Shown here: positions 34,619 to 44,189 of the stretch, in pieces | Numbering within the stretch: position 1 is the first letter of the stretch | How the letters are laid out: each line of letters opens with the position of its first letter | Origin: Candidatus Palauibacter sp. | GTDB taxonomy: Bacteria; Gemmatimonadota; Gemmatimonadetes; Palauibacterales; Palauibacteraceae | Assembly: GCF_965222475.1 (NCBI RefSeq) | Contig: NZ_CBDCUB010000008.1 | Location: forward strand, 619,020 to 683,019 | Length of the DNA: 64,000 nucleotides | Direction of reading: 5' to 3' | Position numbers and translations under genes: made by a program | The notes under the pieces: model-generated | Seen by the model: only the letters and a program-made list of their open reading frames with translations | What the model was told of the DNA's origin: nothing | Databases searched by the model: none

Positions 34619-36862
34619 TCAGTAAGGTGGGCCCACCGGCCGCCTTGAGGACGACCCGGCCGTCCACGGGCCGTGCGCGTCGCACGTCTCCGTCGGCTCG
34701 GTCCCTTCCAGGTAGATCTCGACGTAGCTGAGTTCGACCGGGCACCACCGCGTCGACAGGAGGCCCGTCGTCTCGTCCACCGTACGCTCGATGAGGCCCT
34801 CGGGACGTTCCCAGGCGTCGGGGTATTCGTGCGTCTCGTAGTAGTGCGCGAGCACCGCCGCCCCGACGGGCGCCGCCGTTCCGCCCCCGGTCGCCCCCCG
34901 ATAGATCCGCTGCGGCCGGTCGAAGCCGATCCAGGTCGTCGTCACGAGATCCGGCGTGAAGCCGACGAACCAGGTGTTCGTGGCGTCGTTCGTGGTTCCG
35001 GTCTTCCCCCCGACCGGCACGGTGTAGGGAATCTCGTAGCGCGACCGCACCGCCAGCGTTCCCGTTCCCATGTCCACCGCGTCGCGCAGCATCGACTGGG
35101 CGATCCAGGCGATGCCGGGGTCGAGTACGCGCTCCCGCTGCACCTGGCTCTCCCACATGACGCGGCCTTCCTTGCTCTCGATGCGGAGGATCGACCGCGG
35201 GCTGACGCGGACGCCGAGATTCGCGAAGGTCGTGTACGCGGTGGCGACCTCGATCGGCCGCAGGTCGACGGAACCGATGGCGGCGGACGGAACGCGCGGG
35301 ACTGCCGACGAGATCCCCATCCGTTCGGCCATCTGCGCGAACGACTCCTCTCCGACGCGCTGCCCCAGCTTGACGGCCACGACGTTGATGGAGCGGGCGA
35401 GCGCGCGCCGCAGCGTCAGCGGCCCCTTGAAGTCCTCGTCGAAGTTGCTGGGCGCGTAGGGGTCGCCGCCTACGTTCTCGAGGTAGTACGGCTGGTCGTA
35501 GATGACCTCGGAGGCCGGGATCCCGGAGGCGATCGCCGTCGTGTAGACGAACGGCTTGAACACCGAGCCCGGCTGCCGGACGGCCTGCGTCGCCCGGTTG
35601 AACTCCGAGTCGCGAAAATCGCGTCCCCCCACCATCGCGCGTACGTCGCCCGTCGCCGCATCCAGCGCGATGAACATGCCCTGGACGTACGGCATCTCGC
35701 CATCGCGGCTCGCCTGATACTGATACAGGCTGTCCGGGGGCCAGGCGCGCACCTCCTCGAAGGTGACGCCCGAAAACGCCGGGTGTCGGTCCACCCACTC
35801 CAGCTGCGCGAGCAACGCCGAGTCCGCCACGGCCTGGAGATCGGGATCCAGCGTCGTGTAGACCCTGTATCCCTTCTCGTAGATGTCCATGCCGTACAGA
35901 GCCTGGAGTCGCTGCCGCACCCATTCCACGAAATACGGGGCTTCCTGCCGGATTCGGGCCCCGCGCGTCAGCTCCAGCGGATACGCCTTTGCCGCCGCCG
36001 CGTCCTCGGGGCTCACGAGTCCCTGCTCCGCCATCAGCGCGAGGATGAGGTTCCGCCGCCCGATCGCCCGTTCGGGGCGGCGGGTCGGGTTGTAGCCGGC
36101 GGGATTCCTGGGGATCGCCGCGAGGAGCGCCGCTTCGGGCAGGTTGAGCTGCGCCGCCGTCTTCCCGAAATAGCGTTCGGCCGCGGCCTGGACCCCGTAC
36201 ACGCCGTCGAAATTGATCTGGTTGAGATAGGCCTCGAGGATCTCGGTCTTGCTGTACGCGCGCTCGAGATCGATCGCGACCCGCATCTCGCGGAGCTTCC
36301 GGCGCACGGTGATGTCCCGCCGGTCCACCGACCCCTGGAACATGTTGCCCGCGAGCTGTTGCGTGATCGAGCTACCGCCGGCGGCTCCGTAGCCCTGCAG
36401 CAGAAAATCGACAAACGCCTTGCTGGTCCGCCACAGGTCAACGCCGGCGTGGCCCCAGAAACGCTTGTCCTCGACCGCGATGAAGGCGTTGTAGATGTGC
36501 CGCGGGAGGTCGTCCATCCGGATTGGCGTGCGGCGCTCGATGGCGAGTTCGGCGAGGAGCGAGCCGTCCGCGGCGAACAGCTTCGTAGCCTCCTTGGGTT
36601 CGAAGGCGTAGATCTGGGCGATCGATGGGCATGCGTCGCAGAGGTGCGTCCAGCCCCGCCAGCCCAGGCCGGCCAGGAAACTCGCCGCGCCGAGGATGGC
36701 GACCACGATGCCCCCCCGCACTCGCGCCGGGAGCCTCCTCCAGCCCGCGATCGTCCAGCGGAGGGCGGTCTTCCTCCGCGGAGCGGTCTTCTTCCGCCGT
36801 GGCGTCCCGCGCCGCCCGCCGCGGGCGCGTCGCGCCTTCCGGGAGTTCCGCCTCCGCATCAT
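34619..36862 (-). CDS. mrcA: class A penicillin-binding protein 1A (bifunctional glycosyltransferase/transpeptidase)
   Basis: GT51 motifs …AVEDKRFWGHAGVDLWR…GGSSITQQLA…, transpeptidase motifs …SVFKPFVYTTAI… (SxxK), SNFD (SxN), KTGTTND (KTG). Confidence 0.9.
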   Translation of the reverse strand: MMRRRNSRKARRARGGRRGTPRRKKTAPRRKTALRWTIAGWRRLPARVRGGIVVAILGAASFLAGLGWRGWTHLCDACPSIAQIYAFEPKEATKLFAADGSLLAELAIERRTPIRMDDLPRHIYNAFIAVEDKRFWGHAGVDLWRTSKAFVDFLLQGYGAAGGSSITQQLAGNMFQGSVDRRDITVRRKLREMRVAIDLERAYSKTEILEAYLNQINFDGVYGVQAAAERYFGKTAAQLNLPEAALLAAIPRNPAGYNPTRRPERAIGRRNLILALMAEQGLVSPEDAAAAKAYPLELTRGARIRQEAPYFVEWVRQRLQALYGMDIYEKGYRVYTTLDPDLQAVADSALLAQLEWVDRHPAFSGVTFEEVRAWPPDSLYQYQASRDGEMPYVQGMFIALDAATGDVRAMVGGRDFRDSEFNRATQAVRQPGSVFKPFVYTTAIASGIPASEVIYDQPYYLENVGGDPYAPSNFDEDFKGPLTLRRALARSINVVAVKLGQRVGEESFAQMAERMGISSAVPRVPSAAIGSVDLRPIEVATAYTTFANLGVRVSPRSILRIESKEGRVMWESQVQRERVLDPGIAWIAQSMLRDAVDMGTGTLAVRSRYEIPYTVPVGGKTGTTNDATNTWFVGFTPDLVTTTWIGFDRPQRIYRGATGGGTAAPVGAAVLAHYYETHEYPDAWERPEGLIERTVDETTGLLSTRWCPVELSYVEIYLEGTEPTETCDAHGPWTAGSSSRRPVGPPY

Positions 36863-37008
36863 GCCGCTCCCCGCCCTGCGCTCCCGCTGCCGCTCACGAT
36901 CTCCTCCGGACTTCGCCCCTCGCGTCGAACCGCCGCGAGGCCGATTGTATCGTCACGCCGCTCCCGACGGGAGCCACGACGAGATGACAGGGAATATACC
37001 GAACCCGC

Positions 37009-38226
37009 GTGCGAATGTTTCTCCCCCTGGAAGAACAGCTCCGTCGAATCCGGCAGGGCGCCGAGCAGATCGTCCCCGAAGCCGAACTCCTCGCCAAGCT
37101 CGAACGCTCGGCGAAGGAGGATCGTCCACTCATTATTAAACAAGGCTTCGACCCCACGCGCCCGGACCTCCACATCGGCCACGGCGTCTCGATCCACAAG
37201 CTGCGCACGTTCCAGAAACTCGGTCACCGGGTCGTCTTCGTGATGGGGGACTTCACGGCCCGCGTCGGGGACCCGAGCGGGCGCGACGAAACGCGTCCGA
37301 TGCTGTCCGAGGAGGAGATCGAGTCAAACCTCGCCACCTACGAGGAACAGCTGTTCCGCATCCTCGATCCGGAGACGACGGAGATCCGCCGGAACAGCGA
37401 GTGGCTCGCGCGGCTCACGCTCGCGGACATTCTGCGCCTCACCTCCCAGTACACCGTGGCCCGCATGCTCGAGCGCGACGACTTCGCGGAGCGCCACCGC
37501 GAGGGCCGCCCGATCAGCCTCGTCGAGTTCCTCTACCCCATGATGCAGGGCCACGACTCGGTCGCCCTGCGGGCCGACGTCGAACTCGGCGGGACCGACC
37601 AGCTCTTCAACCTCCTGCTCGGCCGGACGCTGCAGGAGCGTGCCGGACAGGAGCCGCAGGTCTGCCTGATCATGCCGCTGCTGCGCGGCACGGACGGCAG
37701 GCGGAAGATGTCGAAGAGCTACGACAACTACATCGGCATCTCGATGGAAGCGGAGGATGCCTTCGGGCGCGTAATGTCGATTCCGGACACGCTCCTCGAG
37801 GAGTGGATCTCGCTCGCGTCGAGCGCCCGGGGCGAGGAGCTTGCCCGGCGCCGGCGCGAGGCCGGGACCGATCCGCTGGCGGCCAAGCGCTGGCTGGCCG
37901 GGGACATCGTCGCGCGATATCACGGCGCGGCCGCCGCCCGGCGGGCGCGGGAGGCGTTCGACCGTCTGCACCGCCACCGGAAGGTGCCGGAGGATATCCC
38001 GACGGTCGCGCTCTCGCTCGACGGCCGTGATGGGTTGTGGATCGCCCACGTATTGCGCGACTCGGATCTCGCGTACTCCTCCTCGGAGGCCGGCCGGCTC
38101 ATCCGCCAGGGAGCCGTGCGCGTGGACGGAGATGTCATCGCCGACCGGGACCTGCGCCTCGGCGCGGGTGAGTACGTCGTGCAGCGCGGCAAGCGGAAGT
38201 TCGCGCGAATCTCGGTTGAGCCGTAG
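37009..38226 (+). CDS. tyrS: tyrosine-tRNA ligase
   Basis: HIGH motif (…[10 protein letters not shown]…), KMSKS (…[15 protein letters not shown]…) and C-terminal S4-like domain. Confidence 0.9.
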   Translation: MRMFLPLEEQLRRIRQGAEQIVPEAELLAKLERSAKEDRPLIIKQGFDPTRPDLHIGHGVSIHKLRTFQKLGHRVVFVMGDFTARVGDPSGRDETRPMLSEEEIESNLATYEEQLFRILDPETTEIRRNSEWLARLTLADILRLTSQYTVARMLERDDFAERHREGRPISLVEFLYPMMQGHDSVALRADVELGGTDQLFNLLLGRTLQERAGQEPQVCLIMPLLRGTDGRRKMSKSYDNYIGISMEAEDAFGRVMSIPDTLLEEWISLASSARGEELARRRREAGTDPLAAKRWLAGDIVARYHGAAAARRAREAFDRLHRHRKVPEDIPTVALSLDGRDGLWIAHVLRDSDLAYSSSEAGRLIRQGAVRVDGDVIADRDLRLGAGEYVVQRGKRKFARISVEP

Positions 38227-38488
38227 ATCGAGCCCTTGCACGCCCTGAAATGCCCGCTCATGTTATCCGGTCCCCTCCACCGGGGGAATTGGCGTTCCTG
38301 CACCCGGGAAGCGGACAGGGTGTCCCGAAACGGTGCGCTCGAACGTTATACACAGGAGCGGTAACGCGCAGCAGACTCTGACGGCTTGTTTTCGGACGCG
38401 GTGTATCGACCCGGCCGCGCCGACGAGGGGAGCACCTCTCGAATAGTTCCGGGTCCTGGAGGATCCCACTGCCACAGGAGGGTGATCC

Positions 38489-41400
38489 ATGTTGTTTGAC
38501 TTGTCAGGAAGGCGGAGGCGCGTGAGCGCGCTGGCCGCCACCGCAGTGAGCGCCTGGCTCTTTATCGGTGCGGCTCCGCTGCTCGCCCAGGGGGCGGTGT
38601 CGGGGACGGTGACCGACGCGGAGTCGCTCGCCCCGGTAGCGGGCGCGCAGATGTTCGTAGCGGGTACGGTGATCGGCACGCTGTCGGGCCCGGAGGGCAC
38701 GTACCGCATGGAAGGGGTGCCGGCGGGCGAGCAGACGGTGACGGTGCGTCTGATCGGCTATCGCGAGCTCTCTCAGACGGTGACGGTCCAGTCGGGGCAG
38801 GTGGCCACGGCGGACTTCTCGGTGCAGCAGACGGCGCTGCGGATTCAGGACATCGTGGTCACGGGGGTGGTCGGCGCGACGCCGCAGGTGAAGCTCCCGT
38901 TCACGGTGGAGCGTCTCTCGGCGCAAGACCTCCCGGTCCCGGCCGCGGACGCCTCTTCGCTGCTCGCGGGTAAGGCGGCGGGCGTATCGGTCGTGTCCGG
39001 CTCGGGCCAGCCCGGCCAGCCGGCCGACATCCTGCTCCGCGGCCCGACGTCCATCAACGCATCCGGCCGTTCGCAGGCGCCGCTGATCGTGATCGACGGC
39101 GTGATCCAGTCCGAGCAGGCATCGCTCTCCGACGTGGGCGCGCTGGATGTCGACCACGTGGAGATCGTGAAGGGCGCGGCGGCGGCTTCGCTGTACGGCT
39201 CGCGTGCGCAGAACGGCGTGATCCAGATCACGACGAAGCGCGGCACGGGTCTGCAGACGAACTCGCTGAACATCCTCACCCGGGGCGAGTACGGCTTCGG
39301 CCAGCTCGTCGGCGAAATCGGCCTCGTGCGATCGCACCCGTACACGATGAACGCCTCCGGGACGAAGTTCATCGACTCGACGGGCAGCGAGGTCGACTTC
39401 CGCGACCTCAACCGTCCGGGCTTCGGGTCGGCGATCCTCTACAACCAGATCATGCCGGGAGAGGCCGCGACGCCACAGACGGCGTTCGCGAACCAGGCTT
39501 TCCCGAACGACCTCTTCAACCACATGGACACGTTCTTCGATCCGGGCGAGACGGTGGACATCTACGGGGCGGTGACGGGCCGCTTCGGCGAGTCGAGCTT
39601 CCGGGTGAGCGTGGACCAGTTCCGCGAGGCCGGGGTGGTCAGCTGCGCGGTGTGCGCCGACAACCTCGGCGATCTGAACGCGGACCGCGTCGCGCAGGGG
39701 CTGTCGGCCTTGAACGTCGGGTTGCCGAATGACGAAGGCTACCAGCGGCAGAACGTGCGCCTCAACGTCGACACGCGTTTCGGCGACCTGGACATCGCGG
39801 CGAGCGGCTTCTACTCGCGCGCCGACCAGGACGACCGGGCCGTTTCCACGGGCGCCTTCTCCCGCCTGACCTTCATGTCGCCCGCGATCGACATCACCGA
39901 CATCGATCCGAGCGACGGGTATCCCGACATCAACGCGGACCCGCAGTCGATCGAGCCGAACCCGCTCTACCTGCTGGCCGTCAACGACAGCCGGGACAAG
40001 CGGACGCGGACGATGGGCTCGGTGGACCTCAACTACTCGCCCACGGGGCTCGACTGGCTGACGTTCGAGGCGAACGCCTCGTTCGACCGCACGGACTTCC
40101 GCGACTACAGGATCCGGCCCAAGAACGAGCGCACGGCCGGCGGCGGCGGCACCGGTGACTTCACCGGCGGCAGCCTGAGGGAGTTCAACTTCACGGACGA
40201 GGCGATCAACGCCTCGGTGACGCTCGGCGCCAGCCAGACGTTCATGGACGGCGATCTCACGGTGCGCGGGAAGGCCCGCTACCTGATCGAGGATCAGGAC
40301 TTCGGCTCGAACGGCGTGTTCGGGAGCCGCTTCTCGGTGCAGGACGTGCCGAACTTCGGCGCGATCATCGGCGAGACGAGCGGGAACAACCAGGTCCGCC
40401 AGATCAAGGCGGAGGGGCTGTTCGGGATCGCGAGCGCGGACTACCGCGGCCGCTACATCCTCGACGGTCTGGTCCGTCGCGACGGCTCCTCGCTGTTCGG
40501 TCCGGACGAGCGCTGGCAGACGTACTACCGGGGCTCGGTCGCGTGGCGGATCGCGCAGGAGGACTTCTGGAACATCGACGCGATCGATGAGTTCAAGCTG
40601 CGCTTCTCGCTGGGGACGGCGGGCGGCCGGCCCAACTTCTACGCCCAGTACGAGACGTTCGGCGTCTCGGCGGGCGCGATCTTCCCGGTCAACCTCGGGA
40701 ACACGGCGTTGAAGCCGGAGTTCACGACCGAGCGCGAGGCGGGGATGAACTTCGTGTTCTTCGAGAACATCGGGCTCGACCTCACGTATGCGTGGCAGAC
40801 GACGGACGACCAGCTGCTGCAGGTCCCGCAGCCGGCGTTCGTGGGCTTCTCGAGCCAGTGGCAGAACGCGGGCGAGATCTCGGCCCAGACGTACGAGGCG
40901 TCGCTCCGCTACGCGGCGATCGACGAACAGGACGTGGGCCTGCAGTTCCGCGTGAACTGGGACAAGACGAAGCAGGAGATCACGCGCCTCGACGTTCCCG
41001 CCTATCAGTTCAGCGCCTTCTACGTCGCCGAAGGTCGTCCGCTGGGCGAGATGTGGGGCGAAATCTGGGCCGAGAGTTGCGCGGACCTCGCGCCGGTCGG
41101 CATCTCCGCCTCCGACTGCGCCTCGAACTTCCAGGTGAACGACGACGGGCTGCTCGTCCCGACGGGCAGCGCCAACTTCACCGACGGGTTCAGCAGCGGG
41201 CTGTGGGGCACCCAGGTCATGGTCGCCACGGAGGACGGCGAGAACTCGTACCACTGGGGTCTTCCCATCAAGATCCGGGACTACTCTCCGGTGTGCGTGG
41301 AGAAGAATCCCGGCGACTACATGGAGAAGTGCCCGCTCGTCGAAGATCGCCTCCCGATCGGGAACACGACGCCCAACTTCAACACGTCCTTCGCGACCAA

Positions 41401-41872
41401 CTTCCGGTACAAGGGCCTGAGCCTGAACGCCCTGCTCGAGGCCTCCATGGGGCACCACATCTACAACGGGACGAGACAGTGGTCGCTTCGCGAGCTGCGT
41501 GGTGAGGACACGGACCAGACGGGCAAGTCCCTGGAACACAACAAGCCCGTCGGATACGCGTCGGCGATCTACTCGGTCAACGCCGACAACTCGTGGTTCA
41601 TTGAAGACGGCTCCTGGATCAAGGTCCGCGAGCTGTCACTCGGCTACACGCTGCCGGCGTCGATCGTGGAGAGCCTGTTCGGCGGCGTCTTCGACCGCGT
41701 GACGATCAACGCGATCGGTCGCAACCTGTTCACGATCACCGATTACCGCGGCTACGATCCCGAGGTCGGCGGCGGCGGCGGCCAGCTGGGAAGCACGGCG
41801 ATCAACGCCCAGGACAACTTCGCATATCCGAACTTCCGGACGTTCACCTTCTCGGCGGAACTGGTCTTCTAG
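38489..41872 (+). CDS. SusC/RagA-like TonB-dependent outer-membrane receptor, copy 1
   Basis: 1127 aa with signal peptide, N-terminal carboxypeptidase-regulatory-like domain (GAVSGTVTDAESLAPVAGAQMFVAGTV…TVRLIGYRE), plug (…GVSVVSGSGQPG…LLRGPTSIN…PLIVIDGV…) and C-terminal …YPNFRTFTFSAELVF. Confidence 0.85.
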   Translation: MLFDLSGRRRRVSALAATAVSAWLFIGAAPLLAQGAVSGTVTDAESLAPVAGAQMFVAGTVIGTLSGPEGTYRMEGVPAGEQTVTVRLIGYRELSQTVTVQSGQVATADFSVQQTALRIQDIVVTGVVGATPQVKLPFTVERLSAQDLPVPAADASSLLAGKAAGVSVVSGSGQPGQPADILLRGPTSINASGRSQAPLIVIDGVIQSEQASLSDVGALDVDHVEIVKGAAAASLYGSRAQNGVIQITTKRGTGLQTNSLNILTRGEYGFGQLVGEIGLVRSHPYTMNASGTKFIDSTGSEVDFRDLNRPGFGSAILYNQIMPGEAATPQTAFANQAFPNDLFNHMDTFFDPGETVDIYGAVTGRFGESSFRVSVDQFREAGVVSCAVCADNLGDLNADRVAQGLSALNVGLPNDEGYQRQNVRLNVDTRFGDLDIAASGFYSRADQDDRAVSTGAFSRLTFMSPAIDITDIDPSDGYPDINADPQSIEPNPLYLLAVNDSRDKRTRTMGSVDLNYSPTGLDWLTFEANASFDRTDFRDYRIRPKNERTAGGGGTGDFTGGSLREFNFTDEAINASVTLGASQTFMDGDLTVRGKARYLIEDQDFGSNGVFGSRFSVQDVPNFGAIIGETSGNNQVRQIKAEGLFGIASADYRGRYILDGLVRRDGSSLFGPDERWQTYYRGSVAWRIAQEDFWNIDAIDEFKLRFSLGTAGGRPNFYAQYETFGVSAGAIFPVNLGNTALKPEFTTEREAGMNFVFFENIGLDLTYAWQTTDDQLLQVPQPAFVGFSSQWQNAGEISAQTYEASLRYAAIDEQDVGLQFRVNWDKTKQEITRLDVPAYQFSAFYVAEGRPLGEMWGEIWAESCADLAPVGISASDCASNFQVNDDGLLVPTGSANFTDGFSSGLWGTQVMVATEDGENSYHWGLPIKIRDYSPVCVEKNPGDYMEKCPLVEDRLPIGNTTPNFNTSFATNFRYKGLSLNALLEASMGHHIYNGTRQWSLRELRGEDTDQTGKSLEHNKPVGYASAIYSVNADNSWFIEDGSWIKVRELSLGYTLPASIVESLFGGVFDRVTINAIGRNLFTITDYRGYDPEVGGGGGQLGSTAINAQDNFAYPNFRTFTFSAELVF

Positions 41873-41976
41873 ACCTCAACCTGTTGACAGCGGCGGGCCC
41901 CGCCCTCTCCGGAGGGCGGGGCGCTCCCGGGTTTCGACGAACCGACGGGAGATCCCGATTGCATTGGAGGAGAAGA

Positions 41977-43698
41977 ATGAAGAACAAGCTGGTACCCACA
42001 GCCTTCGCGCTGGCGATGCTGGTCGGCTCTACGGGTTGCGACCTCCAGGTCGACAACCCGAACGAGCCGGACCGCGCGCGCGCTCTGGCCGGGCCGGATG
42101 ATGTGGAGACGCTCATTGCGAGCTCCTTCCAGAAGGTCTGGGAGGTCGGGCATTACTGGAACAACGCGAACTTCGCCTTCGGTCACATGGCGAGCCGCCA
42201 CACGGCGACGTGGGGCAACATGGGGATGAACGACCTCGGCCGTGAGCCGCGGGAGACGCTCCCCAACTCGCCCTCGTATCGCTGGTCCTACGTCTTCGAG
42301 GCGAACTGGGGCGACACGTACGGCGGCATTTCGGCCGCGTCGGACGGGATCCGGGCCATCGATTCCGGTCTGGAGATCGGACCGGGCGGCGATCGCAACA
42401 CCCGTGCGCGTGCCTTCGCCCAGACGAGCCAGGCGATTCTGAGCTGCCTGCTCGCGCTGTGGTACGACCAGGCGTTCATCGTCGACGAGACGGTCGACCT
42501 CTCCGGCGAGCTCGAGACGGTCGACTACAACGCGACGTTCAGCTACGCCATGGGCAAGCTGGACGAGGCCGAGTCGGCCGCCCGTTCCGCCTCGTTCGAC
42601 CTCGAGGATACGTGGATCAACGGCAACTCCTGGAGTAACAACGAGCTTGCGGACTACCTCGTGAGCTGGAAAGCGCGCTGCGCGGCGAACCTGCCGCGGA
42701 CGGATGCCGAGGCGGCGGGCTCGAACTGGAGCCAGATCATCGCGAACGCGCAGAACGGAATCCGCGACGTCGTCGTGCTCGGCGAGGACTCCTCGTCCGA
42801 CACCGCGTGGTTCGACGGCCTCAAGTCGCTCATGCAGGAGAACGAGACCTGGCACCGGATGCACATGGACTGGGTCGGCATGGCGGACCAGAGCGGCGAG
42901 TATCAGGACTGGCTGTCGACGCCGACGGAGCAGCGCACGGCGCGCCTGCTGACGTTCGGCGATGACATGCGCTTCCCCCCGCAGAACCTGGAAGGGACGA
43001 CCTCCGACGTGGTGAGTCCGTCCGTCGCGTCCTACGGGCCGCGGTCGCGCTTCAACGCGACGATCATCTTCCGTCCCGAGCGCGGTACGTATCGCCAGTC
43101 GCACTACGGCGACATGCGCTACGACGCGTACACGCAGAGCTGCAGCTTCTGCTTCTTCGGCGACATGGAGCACATGACGTCGCAGGAGATGGACGCCTAC
43201 GTCGCCGAGGGCCATTACCGCATGGGCAACTTCGCGGGCGCGGCGGACATCGTGAACCGGACGCGCACGGAGGCGGGTCTGCCGGCGGCGCCGGCGAACC
43301 CGACGGATGCGGTGCCGTCGAACGGGGCGGGCGAGTGCACGCCGCGCAAGCGATACGACGTGCGGGGACGCTGCGGCAACCTGCGCGATGCGATGTGGTT
43401 CGAGCACTTCGAGACCGTGTTCAACGTGTTCGGCGGGCTCGAGCACTGGCACGGGCGTCGCAACGACCTCCTGCCGGCGGGGACGGCGCTGCAGTTGCCG
43501 ATGCCGGCGGCGGACCTCGAGGTCCTGCAGCGGGACATCTACACGTTCGGTGGAGTAGGCGGAGTGAGTTCGGCTCCCAACCCGATTCCGCCGTCCGTGG
43601 TTCCAGGCAACCTGAACTCCGCGCTGGAGCGGGCGGCCTACTCGCTGGCCCGTCTCAAGGCGGATCGGGTCGCGAGGACGAGTCTCGTCCGGCGCTAG
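41977..43698 (+). CDS. SusD/RagB-like outer-membrane lipoprotein, copy 1 (ORF track starts at 41884)
   Basis: MKNKLVPTAFALAMLVGSTGCDLQ lipoprotein signal; about 570 aa; immediately downstream of the SusC-like gene; paralogous to 47661.. and 53132... Confidence 0.65.
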   Translation: MKNKLVPTAFALAMLVGSTGCDLQVDNPNEPDRARALAGPDDVETLIASSFQKVWEVGHYWNNANFAFGHMASRHTATWGNMGMNDLGREPRETLPNSPSYRWSYVFEANWGDTYGGISAASDGIRAIDSGLEIGPGGDRNTRARAFAQTSQAILSCLLALWYDQAFIVDETVDLSGELETVDYNATFSYAMGKLDEAESAARSASFDLEDTWINGNSWSNNELADYLVSWKARCAANLPRTDAEAAGSNWSQIIANAQNGIRDVVVLGEDSSSDTAWFDGLKSLMQENETWHRMHMDWVGMADQSGEYQDWLSTPTEQRTARLLTFGDDMRFPPQNLEGTTSDVVSPSVASYGPRSRFNATIIFRPERGTYRQSHYGDMRYDAYTQSCSFCFFGDMEHMTSQEMDAYVAEGHYRMGNFAGAADIVNRTRTEAGLPAAPANPTDAVPSNGAGECTPRKRYDVRGRCGNLRDAMWFEHFETVFNVFGGLEHWHGRRNDLLPAGTALQLPMPAADLEVLQRDIYTFGGVGGVSSAPNPIPPSVVPGNLNSALERAAYSLARLKADRVARTSLVRR

Positions 43699-43775
43699 GA
43701 TCCGACGCCAGCGGGTTGCGGGGGGCGTGAGCCCTCCGCGACCACGCTTCATACAGCGATGTTGCCGGAGTTCAC

Positions 43776-43828
43776 GCACCTCCGGGCCAGGCCTTTCAGG
43801 GCCAGGCTCGGAGGTGCGTTGTTTTCGG
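43776..43828 (+). terminator. rho-independent terminator-like hairpin followed by a T-run, after the copy 1 susD-like gene
   Basis: GCACCTCCGGGCCAGGCC-tttcag-GGCCAGGCTCGGAGGTGC then gttgttttcgg. Confidence 0.5.
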
Positions 43829-44189
43829 CTTCAGCGGGGGTCGTCGTCGGGGAAGGGCCGCGGTCTTGTCACGGTCGCGGGGTCATGAAACGTTTAGGGT
43901 GAGGATATCCTCGGCGAACACGGAGCCTGGACGGGCTTCCCTGGCGTCCGGGGAGCGCGCCCTGGATTCCCGGGGCCCACGGAGGACGGCTCTTGCAGAG
44001 ACTTCTTCGCAGACAGCAACCACGCACCTTCGCGCCACGCCCGCGGGCGGATGATGCGGATGATGCGGGGTGCGTTTTTTTGCAGTGATTTCTCGACCCG
44101 GCGTGTCGGCCCGGCCGTGTCGAGCGGGGGCGAGCGCCCCCGGAATTGCGGGCCGCAGGGGAGGATCCCGCTTGCACAGGAGGTGATCC

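Noticed and set aside
38263-38709. Conserved minus-strand ORFs beginning MRYVPSGPDSVPITVPATNICAPATGASDSASVTVPDT… upstream of each susC-like gene (also 43883..44242 and 49525..49926).
   Set aside because: They are the reverse complement of the near-identical susC-like 5' ends and signal-peptide region. Their conservation is explained by the plus-strand genes.
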